This document shows, piece by piece, positions 39,898 to 49,309 of a stretch of DNA of 63,984 nt. Under the pieces are notes generated by a model. It saw nothing but the letters and a program-made list of their open reading frames with translations. It did no database searches and was not told where the DNA came from. The first letter of the stretch is position 1. Every line of letters begins with the position of its first letter. The DNA is from Myxococcota bacterium. GTDB taxonomy: Bacteria > Myxococcota_A > UBA796 > GCA-2862545. Position numbers and translations under genes: made by a program. The DNA is taken from positions 1-63,984 of the forward strand of contig JBCCQY010000043.1 of assembly GCA_039208735.1 (NCBI GenBank), given 5' to 3'.

Positions 39898-41136
39898 GTG
39901 CATCGATTCATCTGGACGCTGGCGGGGCTTGGATGCACCCCTTCGGAGCGCTTCGAGCCGCGCGAGACCACGCCCTCTGCTGACTCGACCGACGTCCTGG
40001 CCGACACCGCGGTACGCCTGACCTACCGGAGGGCCGTCGACGCTTCAGAGGCGGAAGTGCACTGGTCGACATTCGGGGAGAACCATCGTATTCCCGCCGC
40101 TATTGAGGTGGTAGCGGACGATGAACTTCGCATTGTGCCCCTGGAGACCCCGCGACGAGGTGTCACGCAGGAGGTCCGGGTGGTCGGCTTGCGGTCGGGA
40201 AACCAAGAGGGCGTATCGGAAGTGCGCTTTCGAACCAGGTCCAATCCCCGCATCACGGTGGTCCGCGACGGCGAAGAGATCCTTCGTTGCACGGTCGATG
40301 CGCAGCATCGGTGGGAGCGATGCATCAGAGACCCGCACATCGAGTACTACACCTACGACGCAGCGCGTTTGGTGGGCGTCGAGACGTTCGAACCACAGCC
40401 CGATGGAACCGAAGCCCGGGTGGCCTCCTCGACCTACACCTACGGCCCCCGAGAGACCGTGGTGCAAATCGATACCGAGGGACCCGCGCCCGCCCGCTTT
40501 GCGCGTGAACTCGACGATCGCGGCTTCATCATCTCGGAATGGACCCAGGCTCCCGGCGCGGATGCGGCCTTCGACAACGAAGACGACGTCTATGCAGACG
40601 TGACGTTCCGACGGCCCGATCCGTCCGGGTTCGACAGGGTCGTCCGCTACGGAGCCGATCCCGGCGACGATGCAACGTGGTGGACCGATGACGATCGGTA
40701 CAGCCGCTACGAGCACACCCAGGTCGATGCGCTAGGCCGGCCCGTCGAACGGCGGATGGGCTTTATTGGCCCGGACAACCTCGAGTTGACGTCCGACGAC
40801 GACCTATACTGGGTCGAACGCTTCTTCTACGACGCAGAGGGCCGTTTGGCCGGAGGATTTGTCTACGACCCTCGAATTCGCCGGGAGGAAGATGCCTTTG
40901 GTCGTCGCGCCACCCTCGAAGACGGGCGCATCGTGCAAATTGCGTACTTCGAAGGCACTGGACCGGACGGAGCCTGGCTCACCGAGGACGACCCCACCCC
41001 CTTCCAATACGACGCGTTCACCTACGATGCAGACGGACAGCGACTCGTCGAGCGTTTGGGGGTTGAAGCGGGCCCCGATGAAGCGCTGTTCACCGACGAT
41101 GATGTGGCGCGTGAGGTCATTGGCTACGCCCCGTGA
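39898..41136 (+). CDS. Hypothetical lipoprotein with Ig-like N-terminus and repeated GxD..(W/F/L)TxDD and YD-like motifs
   Basis: LGC lipobox; repeats GADAAFDNEDD, GDDATWWTDDD, GPDNLELTSDDD, GPDGAWLTEDD, GPDEALFTDDD; YTYD/FYD motifs. Confidence 0.7.
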   Translation: MHRFIWTLAGLGCTPSERFEPRETTPSADSTDVLADTAVRLTYRRAVDASEAEVHWSTFGENHRIPAAIEVVADDELRIVPLETPRRGVTQEVRVVGLRSGNQEGVSEVRFRTRSNPRITVVRDGEEILRCTVDAQHRWERCIRDPHIEYYTYDAARLVGVETFEPQPDGTEARVASSTYTYGPRETVVQIDTEGPAPARFARELDDRGFIISEWTQAPGADAAFDNEDDVYADVTFRRPDPSGFDRVVRYGADPGDDATWWTDDDRYSRYEHTQVDALGRPVERRMGFIGPDNLELTSDDDLYWVERFFYDAEGRLAGGFVYDPRIRREEDAFGRRATLEDGRIVQIAYFEGTGPDGAWLTEDDPTPFQYDAFTYDADGQRLVERLGVEAGPDEALFTDDDVAREVIGYAP

Positions 41137-41577
41137 CTACACCGCGGGCTTGTCGGGCTCGGGCTCGAACAGCAAGCAACCACTGGTTCGCCAGGTGCCA
41201 TCCGGCTGTTTCTCGAGCAGGTAGAGCGCCCGGACCCGTTCGCCGTGAGGCCCCGTGAACTCCATCCACTGCCCGTAGCCGCCGTAAACCTCGATGATGT
41301 CACGAAAGACGTAGCTTTTGGGCCGATAGACCGGCGCGTACTGGCTTCGCACCAACTCGAGAAACGCATCGGCCGTGCCGAACTTGCGCTGCAGGCCTGG
41401 GGCCACCACCTTCCACGCGGCCGCTGCATCGTCTCGGCGGAACGCTTCGACCTGGAACTCGATCATCTGTCGAATGGCCTGCGCCTCTCCGACCTCGACG
41501 ATCGGTGTTGCCGATTCGGTGGAAGGCCCGGACGACTGGGCATGGGCGAGCGCAAGGTTCCACAGCAACGCGATCAT
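41137..41577 (-). CDS. DUF4864 domain protein
   Basis: Q.EAF..DD..AA, F...V...Y.PVYRP, Y..EKQPDG.WR..GC. Confidence 0.85.
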   Translation of the reverse strand: MIALLWNLALAHAQSSGPSTESATPIVEVGEAQAIRQMIEFQVEAFRRDDAAAAWKVVAPGLQRKFGTADAFLELVRSQYAPVYRPKSYVFRDIIEVYGGYGQWMEFTGPHGERVRALYLLEKQPDGTWRTSGCLLFEPEPDKPAV

Positions 41578-41666
41578 GCGCTCTCCTTTTGGTTCGAGCC
41601 GAATACCCAACGGCTCGATCGTATCGATTCGTTATGCAGCGCACCACCGAGGAGGCACGAACCCCC

Positions 41667-42698
41667 ATGGTCCTTCGCACCCTGATCCAAGCGCCCGTAC
41701 TCGCAGCGCGCGTGCAGCAGTTGGGCCATGAGATCCGCGCGACCTTCGGCGCAGACACGCCGGTTGTGGTGGTGGGGGTGCTCAGGGGCAGCTTCGTCTT
41801 CATGGCCGACCTCATTCGCGCCATCGAAGGCCCCGTAGAATGCGAGTTCCTCCAGGTCGAAAGCTACGCTGGCGACGAGAGCACAGGCGAAATCCGATCG
41901 ATCCGGGAGGTCACCGCAAAACTCGCCGACAAACATGTGCTCGTGGTGGAAGACATCGTCGATACCGGCCGCACCATGGAGTACCTGCGCGACCTCATGA
42001 TGGCGCAGCAACCCGCGTCCTGCCGAGTGGTGAGCTTGCTCGACAAACCATCCCGGCGCACCGTGGAAGTCGCGATCGACTGGGTCGGCTTCACGATCGA
42101 AGACCGCTTCGTGGTGGGCTATGGCCTCGACTTCGACGGCCGCCATCGCAACTTGCCGTACCTTGCGGAGGCCGTCTTCGACGGGGAAGCCCTCATGGAA
42201 GCCGAAGAACTCAAAGTGCTCAACGAGCAACTCGACGAGCTTCTCGTCGGACCGGTTGTTGATGAAGACGACGCTCTTGAAATCTGCATTGTCGCGGGCC
42301 TCGCAAACCGCCTCACTGGAGACATCAACCCCGACGCCGTGGCGTGGCGAGATGGCAGAGGCGCCGACCTCATCGCCAGCCTCTGGTCACAGGTCGATCT
42401 GGCCCCACTCCTCGAAGAAGTCGATGCCTGCACGGGCGGCGGTCGATCGGACGAAGAGGTCGAGGAGGCGGTGTTTGACGTGGACGATGTGATCGCAGCC
42501 GCGTTGTGGTGCAACCACCGGCCGGCCGTTCAGTCCGCAGCCCGCAAACTCGCAGAGCTGGTCCGCCAGGTGCCCGATGTGTTCGTAGGCCTTTCGAAGT
42601 TCGCGAAGTCCTTCGCCGCAAAACCAGCGGTCGCCGAGGATCTTGAGATCTACGACTACTGGTTGGCCCTCGCGGATGCAGCGGAGAATGCAGGGTAG
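41667..42698 (+). CDS. hpt: Hypoxanthine phosphoribosyltransferase with an extra acidic C-terminal domain of about 167 aa
   Basis: GVLRGSFVFMADL, VLVVEDIVDTGRT PRPP motif, LLDKP, FVVGYGLD, RNLPY; the frame stays open past the normal Hpt end. Confidence 0.88.
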   Translation: MVLRTLIQAPVLAARVQQLGHEIRATFGADTPVVVVGVLRGSFVFMADLIRAIEGPVECEFLQVESYAGDESTGEIRSIREVTAKLADKHVLVVEDIVDTGRTMEYLRDLMMAQQPASCRVVSLLDKPSRRTVEVAIDWVGFTIEDRFVVGYGLDFDGRHRNLPYLAEAVFDGEALMEAEELKVLNEQLDELLVGPVVDEDDALEICIVAGLANRLTGDINPDAVAWRDGRGADLIASLWSQVDLAPLLEEVDACTGGGRSDEEVEEAVFDVDDVIAAALWCNHRPAVQSAARKLAELVRQVPDVFVGLSKFAKSFAAKPAVAEDLEIYDYWLALADAAENAG

Positions 42699-42714
42699 CG
42701 TTGGATCTGAGCCC

Positions 42715-42738
42715 ATGCCTGAACTACTGTTCAGGCAT
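42715..42738. promoter_or_regulatory. LexA (SOS) box overlapping the imuA start
   Basis: Perfect inverted repeat ATGCCTGAAC-TACT-GTTCAGGCAT containing GAAC-N4-GTTC and the Myxococcus-type CTG..GTTCAGG half-sites. Confidence 0.8.
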
Positions 42739-43363
42739 GGGCCGAGCCGATCTAGACGCCCTCCGGGCGAAGATCCAGGAGATCGAGGGTGGACCGTTGG
42801 TGGTTCGCCATCGATCGGCCACCGGCGTACCGGCCTTCGACACGTTGGTGGGGGGACTGCCTAAGCCAGGCATCGTCGAAGTGGCGGCTCCGGTGGGCGC
42901 CGGACGGTGTCGCGCCGTCCATGCCTTGTTGGCTCGGGCCACTCAGACCCGACAGACCGTCGCCTGGGTCGACCCACTGCATCGCTTCTACCCCCCCGCC
43001 GCCCAAGACCACGGGGTCATCCTCGAACGCCTTCTCGTGGTCCGTCCCATCGAAGACGGTCAAACGCCTTGGGTGTGGGCCACCGAGCAACTGCTCCGGT
43101 CCGGATGCTTTCGTTGGGTGGTCCTCGACTGGCCGGGGTCTCCCCAGGGTCCACGCATCGGCCTGCAACGATGGGCGCGGGCGGCCGAAACGGGCGACTG
43201 TACGGCGCTCATCCTCTCGCCGCGCGCCACCCAAGGCCTTCCCGCCGATCTTCGCTTTTCGGTTCGCGATGGAGAGCTGACGGTGGTTCGCGACCGCATC
43301 GGCACATCCGGCTCCGCCGCTCCGCTGCCAGACCGGCCGCTTCGGGCCGATCCATGGGGCTAA
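42737..43363 (+). CDS. imuA: ImuA, RecA-like mutasome accessory protein
   Basis: TG...D.L.GGLP, degenerate Walker A, AWVDP...YPPA, L.RLLVVRP, WA.EQ.LRSG. Confidence 0.85.
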   Translation: MGRADLDALRAKIQEIEGGPLVVRHRSATGVPAFDTLVGGLPKPGIVEVAAPVGAGRCRAVHALLARATQTRQTVAWVDPLHRFYPPAAQDHGVILERLLVVRPIEDGQTPWVWATEQLLRSGCFRWVVLDWPGSPQGPRIGLQRWARAAETGDCTALILSPRATQGLPADLRFSVRDGELTVVRDRIGTSGSAAPLPDRPLRADPWG

Positions 43364-44898
43364 GAGCGCTGGTGGTCATGCTCGAGGGATTTCGCCTCGA
43401 GCGCGCAGGGTTTGCGGTCACCGACTGCGCGGGGCTCGTCGTCGAGTCGAAGAATGCCCTGCGCCTGTTGGCCCTCACGCCACAGGCGGTACGACAGGGC
43501 CTCCGGGTGGGCATGACGGCGTCCGAAGCCCGGGCTCGGGTGCCTGAGGTCACTCTCGTCGATCATGACCCCGCGGCCGAGGTCCGCGATCGAGACGATC
43601 TGCTCCGCGCCTTCGACGCCGTCTCCGATCGCGCCACCTTCCTGTGGGACGATGCCGTGGTCTTTGACCTGGCCACCGTGGCCCATCTGTTTGGTGGAGA
43701 ACGCAAGGCCGCACAGCGGGCCGTGGCCTTGGCCCAAGACTTGGGACACGCAGCTCGGGCCGCGGTCGCCGACGATGCGCTAGCGGCGAGAGCGCTCGCC
43801 CGATGGGCGGTGGAAGATGGCGCGGTGAACGTGGTGCCGCCCGGACGCACCGCCGAGGCCCTCGCCCCCTTGCCCATCGAGTCGCTCGATCCCGAGGAGC
43901 CATTGAAGCAGGGCCTCCGCGCCATTGGAATCGCCACGGTGGGCCAATGGGCGAAGCTCGATGCAGCAGCCGTCGCCGGACGGTTTCCCGAGGCTCTGCG
44001 ACGCCATCGCGTTGCTTGCGGGCAACCAGGAGCCTGGGTCCATCTCGCCGACGATGGACCCGATACCGAACCGCTTCGGAGCCTCGCGCCGCTGCCGGGG
44101 GCCACCACGCGGCAAGAGATCCACTTCGTCTTGCCGGGGCTCCTCCTCGAACTGTGTGAACGTGTAGCGGCCCGCGATCTCGCAATTGTGAGGCTCCTCG
44201 TCGAGTTCCGACTCGAAGCTCGGGGCGATCGAGGCGCGTTGCGCGCGGTGGTCGGGGTGCGAATCGGTCGTCCCACCCAGTCCCCCTCTCGCCTCGATCC
44301 CCTCGTGCGGCAGCGCATCGCTGGAGTGGTGCTGGACGCTCCGGTCGAAGAAATCGCGATCGAAGCGGTTGAGGTGGTGCCGGAACAGGGCTGGCAACCG
44401 GGCCTGACGGATCGCAAAGAAGCCACCGAGCCTCTGCCCGAATTACTGGCTCGCTTAGCCGATCAACTCGGGCCACACGCACTCTTTGCCGCCCGTCCGA
44501 ACGACCGTTGGCGGCCCGAAGCAGCCTGGCGCCCCGAGGCCTTCCCACCCCCTCGCCTGTGGCCTGAGCCCCCCGGGGTCACCGAAGCCCTGACGAGCGA
44601 CGATCCGGTCGCGATTCAAGAGGCGTTCGAGGCCCCAACCGTGCTCCCCAGGCCGGCCATGCTGCTCTCTGATCCACAGCCGATCGAGGTCGTGGAGGGC
44701 CAGGGCCGTCCTCTGCGCGTCTCCTTGGGGGGACGATCGCAGCCCTGTCACCGGGTGGCTGGTCCGGAGCGCCTCGTGGGGGAATGGTGGCGCGCTGACC
44801 CGCTCGATCGCGCGTACTGGACCGTGGAGGCCGACGGGCGAAGTGCCTGGATCTTCCAGGAACGACAGCGATGGTTCCTCCACGGATGGTTCGACTGA
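43354..44898 (+). CDS. imuB: ImuB, inactive Y-family polymerase
   Basis: GLRVGM..SEARA, LAPLPI, L...GI.T, L..RL...LG, PE.AW, RP..LL..P, GPERL..EWW, W.LHG.FD; overlaps imuA. Confidence 0.9.
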   Translation: MGLRALVVMLEGFRLERAGFAVTDCAGLVVESKNALRLLALTPQAVRQGLRVGMTASEARARVPEVTLVDHDPAAEVRDRDDLLRAFDAVSDRATFLWDDAVVFDLATVAHLFGGERKAAQRAVALAQDLGHAARAAVADDALAARALARWAVEDGAVNVVPPGRTAEALAPLPIESLDPEEPLKQGLRAIGIATVGQWAKLDAAAVAGRFPEALRRHRVACGQPGAWVHLADDGPDTEPLRSLAPLPGATTRQEIHFVLPGLLLELCERVAARDLAIVRLLVEFRLEARGDRGALRAVVGVRIGRPTQSPSRLDPLVRQRIAGVVLDAPVEEIAIEAVEVVPEQGWQPGLTDRKEATEPLPELLARLADQLGPHALFAARPNDRWRPEAAWRPEAFPPPRLWPEPPGVTEALTSDDPVAIQEAFEAPTVLPRPAMLLSDPQPIEVVEGQGRPLRVSLGGRSQPCHRVAGPERLVGEWWRADPLDRAYWTVEADGRSAWIFQERQRWFLHGWFD

Positions 44899-44975
44899 GA
44901 AACGCTTCGGGTCACCGAACGTCATGGAAGTGACCGGGGGCCTCGCCAAGGGATACCGGCCTCCCAGGAGTTGGC

Positions 44976-45254
44976 ATGAAGGTCGGAGCCCATCCGCTAG
45001 TCGTCGCCGTCGCCCTCGGGTTGGTCGGGCCTCAAATTCTTGAGGAGGCTGAGTCTCCCGAGACCACGAAGCCCTGCGCAGACTGCGATGAGACCATCGA
45101 AGACGGGCTGACCGATGCCCTGGCCACCCAGCTCCTCGACGCCGCAGACACAACGCTGCACCAGCCGGTGGATTGGTCCACGATGGACGCGCCATCGGCC
45201 GAGGATTTTGACCGCGTCGCCCTCGCTTTTGAAAAGGCGCGCGGCCAGGTCTAA
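44976..45254 (+). CDS. Small hypothetical secreted or membrane-anchored protein
   Basis: AGGAG RBS, hydrophobic N-terminus, CxxC, acidic tail. Confidence 0.5.
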   Translation: MKVGAHPLVVAVALGLVGPQILEEAESPETTKPCADCDETIEDGLTDALATQLLDAADTTLHQPVDWSTMDAPSAEDFDRVALAFEKARGQV

Positions 45255-45931
45255 AGCTCGGCATCCTCCGTAGCGTCCGCCTCATCAGGGGCCGCCTCGA
45301 GATCGGAAGGGTCGTTGCCCCGCAACGGCTGAAGGTTCTCGGGATCGATCGCATCCAGCACGGCAAGCGCCCGCTCCGCCATGCGCACGCGATAGGCCTC
45401 AGCCGCATCCGGGTTGGTGACGTAGGAAGGCACAGGCAGATCGGCCATGGCCAGCGCCATCTTCTCCCGTGCCTCGTCGACCTTCGCCTCTCCGTCTGCC
45501 GCGTCCACCGACTCCATGGCCACGCCAACCTCTACGATTTCGCCAAGGGAGCGTAGCGCCAACGTCTTTTCGTGCAGCAGCTTCGACGCCTCAAGATCAA
45601 AGGCGGATCCGGCGCTCCGATGAACCTTGGGCTGAAGCCTGATTTCGTCGAACGTCGAAAACGCGAACTCAACGTCGTCCCACGTCGGTCCTCCGGGGCG
45701 CACCCGAGGATCGATCGGGCGCGGAGGCACACGTTCGGTCTCCGGACGAATCGCCGCGCCATTGACGTTCGGCGCATCGGGTTTCGTCGATGGGGTTTTC
45801 GGTGGCGCGGACGACACGGACACCGGATCGGTGTCTGTACCCAGGAGCCCCCAAGCTGCGAGGCCCCCTGCAATCAGCACGATGATGACGAGCGGACCCA
45901 CCGTCCGCCCCGAAAGGGTCGAGTTGCTCAC
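45251..45931 (-). CDS. Hypothetical membrane-anchored protein
   Basis: Single N-terminal TM helix, Pro-rich linker, helical C-terminal domain. Confidence 0.65.
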   Translation of the reverse strand: MSNSTLSGRTVGPLVIIVLIAGGLAAWGLLGTDTDPVSVSSAPPKTPSTKPDAPNVNGAAIRPETERVPPRPIDPRVRPGGPTWDDVEFAFSTFDEIRLQPKVHRSAGSAFDLEASKLLHEKTLALRSLGEIVEVGVAMESVDAADGEAKVDEAREKMALAMADLPVPSYVTNPDAAEAYRVRMAERALAVLDAIDPENLQPLRGNDPSDLEAAPDEADATEDAEL

Positions 45932-46053
45932 GGCGCCAGCCTACCGCACCTTACGGTCCTCGAACGTCAAGGCTTGCGAACAACGAACCCTCGATCGAAG
46001 CTCGTGAACCCTCCCGGCATCCTCGCCCCGCCTCGCCGCCGTGCGGAGAACCC

Positions 46054-46470
46054 ATGGTCCCGTTTCACCTTGCCATTCCCGTTGACGATCTACACGCCGC
46101 TCGTACGTTCTACGTCGACGTCCTTGGCGCAGGCGTAGGCCGCACCAACGACCGATGGATCGACTTCAACATCGAAGGCCATCAAGTCACCGCCCATCTC
46201 GTGGCGGACATGCCCTCTTCGATCGCCACAAACGCGGTCGATGCGCACGACGTACCCGTGCGCCACTTCGGGCTCGTGTTGTCCTGGGACCGCTGGCAAT
46301 CCATGGCCCAAGCCCTCGAAGCACGAGGCACCACGTTCCTCATCAAACCTCATGTGCGGTTTGCCGGCGAGGTCGGAGAGCAGGCCACCCTGTTTCTCAC
46401 CGATCCGGCAGGGAACGCCATCGAATTGAAGAGCTTTCGCGATCCAGAACGGCTCTTCGCGACACGCTGA
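46054..46470 (+). CDS. VOC/glyoxalase family protein
   Basis: PFHLAIPV, W.DF..GHQ...H, VPVRHFG, GEQATLF..DP.GN..E.K. Confidence 0.92.
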   Translation: MVPFHLAIPVDDLHAARTFYVDVLGAGVGRTNDRWIDFNIEGHQVTAHLVADMPSSIATNAVDAHDVPVRHFGLVLSWDRWQSMAQALEARGTTFLIKPHVRFAGEVGEQATLFLTDPAGNAIELKSFRDPERLFATR

Positions 46471-46501
46471 ACCCGAACCCCGACCGAGCGATGGGAGAAA
46501 C

Positions 46502-47731
46502 ATGACCTGGTTGTGGTTGACGCTGTTCGCAGGACCGACCGAGGCGGCAAATCGAGAGACACCCGTGGTGCTCGCGGTGCGCCGAGCGACGCCTGGTGTG
46601 GTCACCGTCGAAGTCGAAATGGATGCCGGACCTCGGCTCTTTTCGTTTGGCCCTACGGCAGCATCGCAGGGCTCGGGGGTCGTGATCAGCGAGGATGGTC
46701 TCGTGCTCACCAACGCCCACGTGGTGGCAGGAGCCCGCAGCATCTCGGTCCATTCGGATCAGGGAACCGGCTACGAAGCCCGCGTCATGGCGGTCGAACC
46801 CGATCTCGACCTCGCGGTCCTCAAGATGGAAGGCGCTCGTCGCCTCACCCCCGTGGCCATCGGTGACAGCGACGAGATCATGCTCGGCGAGACCGTCATC
46901 GCCATCGGCAACCCTCTGGGGCTCGGCCTCACGGTCTCCACCGGGGTTGTGGCTTCGGTGCGTCGAGACCTCGAGATCACCCCGGGCATCCAACAGTCGT
47001 TTGTTCAAACCGATGCTGCGATCAATCCCGGCAATTCGGGCGGCGCGCTCGTGAACCTCGACGGCGAACTGATCGGCATCAACACCGCCATTCGGGCCGA
47101 CGCCGAGGGCATCGGGTTCGCGATCCCGGTGAACCGAGCCATGAAGGTGGCCGCCGATCTCGTCAACTACGGCGCCGTTCGCGCGCCCTGGCTCGGGATC
47201 GACGTGCAGGACCTCGACCGACGACGTCGCATCCCTGCGGTGCGCGTCGTCGGGGTGGCTGCGGGCGGACCCGCCGCGAAGGCAGGCTTACAACGGGGAG
47301 ACCTCGTCACCGAACTCGAAGGCCGCCCGGTCACCTCGCGGGCTGAGCTGAACGCCCGCCTTGCGGAGCGGGGGCCTGGCGACCGCATCAAGCTCACCGT
47401 CGTGCGAGACAACCGCTACGCCGAGTTCAACCTCGCCACGACCGCAGTCCCCGCGGATTTGGGACGCCGCATCGTTCGGGATCATCTGGGCGTTGAGGTC
47501 AAGCAAACCCCTCAAGGCGTGCTCGTACTTTCAATGCGTCCACGAGGGCAATGGGCGCTCGCAAACTTGCGCGTCGGGGACTTGGTGGTCGCGATCGATG
47601 GCCAACTCACCACCACCCCGGAGACGCTCTACCAAGCGCTTCGCAAGACCCAGGCCCAACACCGCGGCCAGGCCCTGTTCACGGTGCGACGAGGCAACGC
47701 CCAGGGCTACCTAAGCCTCTCCCTACGCTGA
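46502..47731 (+). CDS. HtrA/DegP-family serine protease with two PDZ domains
   Basis: TNAHVV, DLAVL, QTDAAINPGNSGG catalytic triad motifs; PDZ segments. Confidence 0.95.
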   Translation: MTWLWLTLFAGPTEAANRETPVVLAVRRATPGVVTVEVEMDAGPRLFSFGPTAASQGSGVVISEDGLVLTNAHVVAGARSISVHSDQGTGYEARVMAVEPDLDLAVLKMEGARRLTPVAIGDSDEIMLGETVIAIGNPLGLGLTVSTGVVASVRRDLEITPGIQQSFVQTDAAINPGNSGGALVNLDGELIGINTAIRADAEGIGFAIPVNRAMKVAADLVNYGAVRAPWLGIDVQDLDRRRRIPAVRVVGVAAGGPAAKAGLQRGDLVTELEGRPVTSRAELNARLAERGPGDRIKLTVVRDNRYAEFNLATTAVPADLGRRIVRDHLGVEVKQTPQGVLVLSMRPRGQWALANLRVGDLVVAIDGQLTTTPETLYQALRKTQAQHRGQALFTVRRGNAQGYLSLSLR

Positions 47732-48373
47732 TCCCAGGGCGACGTAGCGCAACACCGCGACGTAGTGGAACCCCACCCCCAAGATCACCGCGATGTGCCA
47801 GATGAGATGGTTGTAGGGCAAACGTTGCCACACGTAAAAGCCCGCCCCGACGATGTACGCGAGGCCACCGAGAGCCAACAGGACGAGCCCTCCCACGGGA
47901 ATTCCCTGGATCAGCGCGGGCAAGACCACAAGGCCCCCCGACCCCATCGCAATGTAGAACAACGTCGACGGGTCGCGCCCCTGCAACACGCGCACGATGC
48001 CCAGCAGGGCAAGGCCCCATTCGGCCAAGCAAAGCGCCCACCCTACCTCTGGCGTGAGCAGGCTTAGGGCAAGCGGCGTGTACGTCCCTGCGATGAGCAA
48101 GTAGATCGAGCTGTAGTCGAACTTCAACCACAACTGACGTTGCGCTTCGGTGGCCGCAGAATGGTAGGCCGCCGAGGACAGAAACGTCATCGTGGCCGAC
48201 AGCCCGAACAGGCCACAGGTCAAGCTTCGCAATGGGAGTCCGCGCATTGCGGGAATGACGATCAGCGCGATCGTGCCGATCCCCGCCAACCCGAGCCCCA
48301 CCGCATGGGACACGGCATTCGCGCGCTCCTCAGCCTTTGAACGGGGCCGAGCGAGAGATTCGGACAACGACAT
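47723..48373 (-). CDS. Hemolysin III (PAQR) family membrane protein
   Basis: EE.ANA.SH, S..YH, D..SIYLLIAGTYTP, H.IWH. Confidence 0.92.
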   Translation of the reverse strand: MSLSESLARPRSKAEERANAVSHAVGLGLAGIGTIALIVIPAMRGLPLRSLTCGLFGLSATMTFLSSAAYHSAATEAQRQLWLKFDYSSIYLLIAGTYTPLALSLLTPEVGWALCLAEWGLALLGIVRVLQGRDPSTLFYIAMGSGGLVVLPALIQGIPVGGLVLLALGGLAYIVGAGFYVWQRLPYNHLIWHIAVILGVGFHYVAVLRYVALGSA

Positions 48374-48470
48374 GGGCGCTCGCGGCAAGGGGAGGCGGGA
48401 GCGCCTCTGCAACACCGTGACCCACCCCTTCGTGCCTCGCCACGGCGCGAGACCTGCCGTAACATGGCCC

Positions 48471-49136
48471 ATGCTCCGCTCTGCCTCCCCCAGGTGGACC
48501 CTGACCGTCATGCTCGGGTTGACCACTGGCTGCTTCGAACACTTCGAGCGCCTGGAAACGCATGTCGCCTACCAGTCCACCACCCAGCGCTTCGCGGTGG
48601 AACGTCGGTTGGTGAACATCGGCCCAGCGTTGCTGGGATGTGACACGGTGGACAACTGTGTTGCGGCGTTCGATCGCGTCCTCGATCCCTCGCAGACCAT
48701 CCGCCCCGACCGGATGGCGTTGTCCGACAAGATGATGCGTCGGCTTCGGGATTCGGGGGCCGAGCAAATTGAAATCTCCTTCGAGCCCACGCTTTCCTCA
48801 CTCGATGTCGTCGTTCGCTACGAGGCAACCGTGGGCACCGAGGCCGCGGACGACACCGGCGTGCTTGCGGAATGGTCAGGCCGTCGAGGCCGCGGACGCT
48901 ACCGTCTTGTCGTCGACGCCGAGCCTTCGATGGCGCCTCCCTCTCACGCCACGACCCGCCGCCACGCCCGCAAGACCCCCGACGGGCTCGTGTGGGTGGA
49001 TCAGTGGGTCCTGCCCGCGCGTCGACGGTCCGTCACCGTGAACACACCCGTCGGGGAAGCCGAGTCGCTGTTCACCCAGATTCCAGGCCTTCGGGGCGCC
49101 ATGGTTGAGCGAGGCTGGCTCGAAGCTCTCCCGTAA
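48471..49136 (+). CDS. Hypothetical lipoprotein
   Basis: LTTGC lipobox-like sequence; fills the gap between the hemolysin III gene and thrS. Confidence 0.6.
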   Translation: MLRSASPRWTLTVMLGLTTGCFEHFERLETHVAYQSTTQRFAVERRLVNIGPALLGCDTVDNCVAAFDRVLDPSQTIRPDRMALSDKMMRRLRDSGAEQIEISFEPTLSSLDVVVRYEATVGTEAADDTGVLAEWSGRRGRGRYRLVVDAEPSMAPPSHATTRRHARKTPDGLVWVDQWVLPARRRSVTVNTPVGEAESLFTQIPGLRGAMVERGWLEALP

Positions 49137-49309
49137 ACGCTTTGGGTTGGTCATCCGCGAACCGGCCAGATACGGCGACGTCATGCAACACGGAATGGTC
49201 GAGGTGCGATGCGCGGAGGTCCAGGTGACTTCCGTGTCTCGGTCGACGGCGGGCTGAACAACACAAGCCTTCCTTCCCGACGTTCTTTCCCATTCCCTGG
49301 ACATCCACC

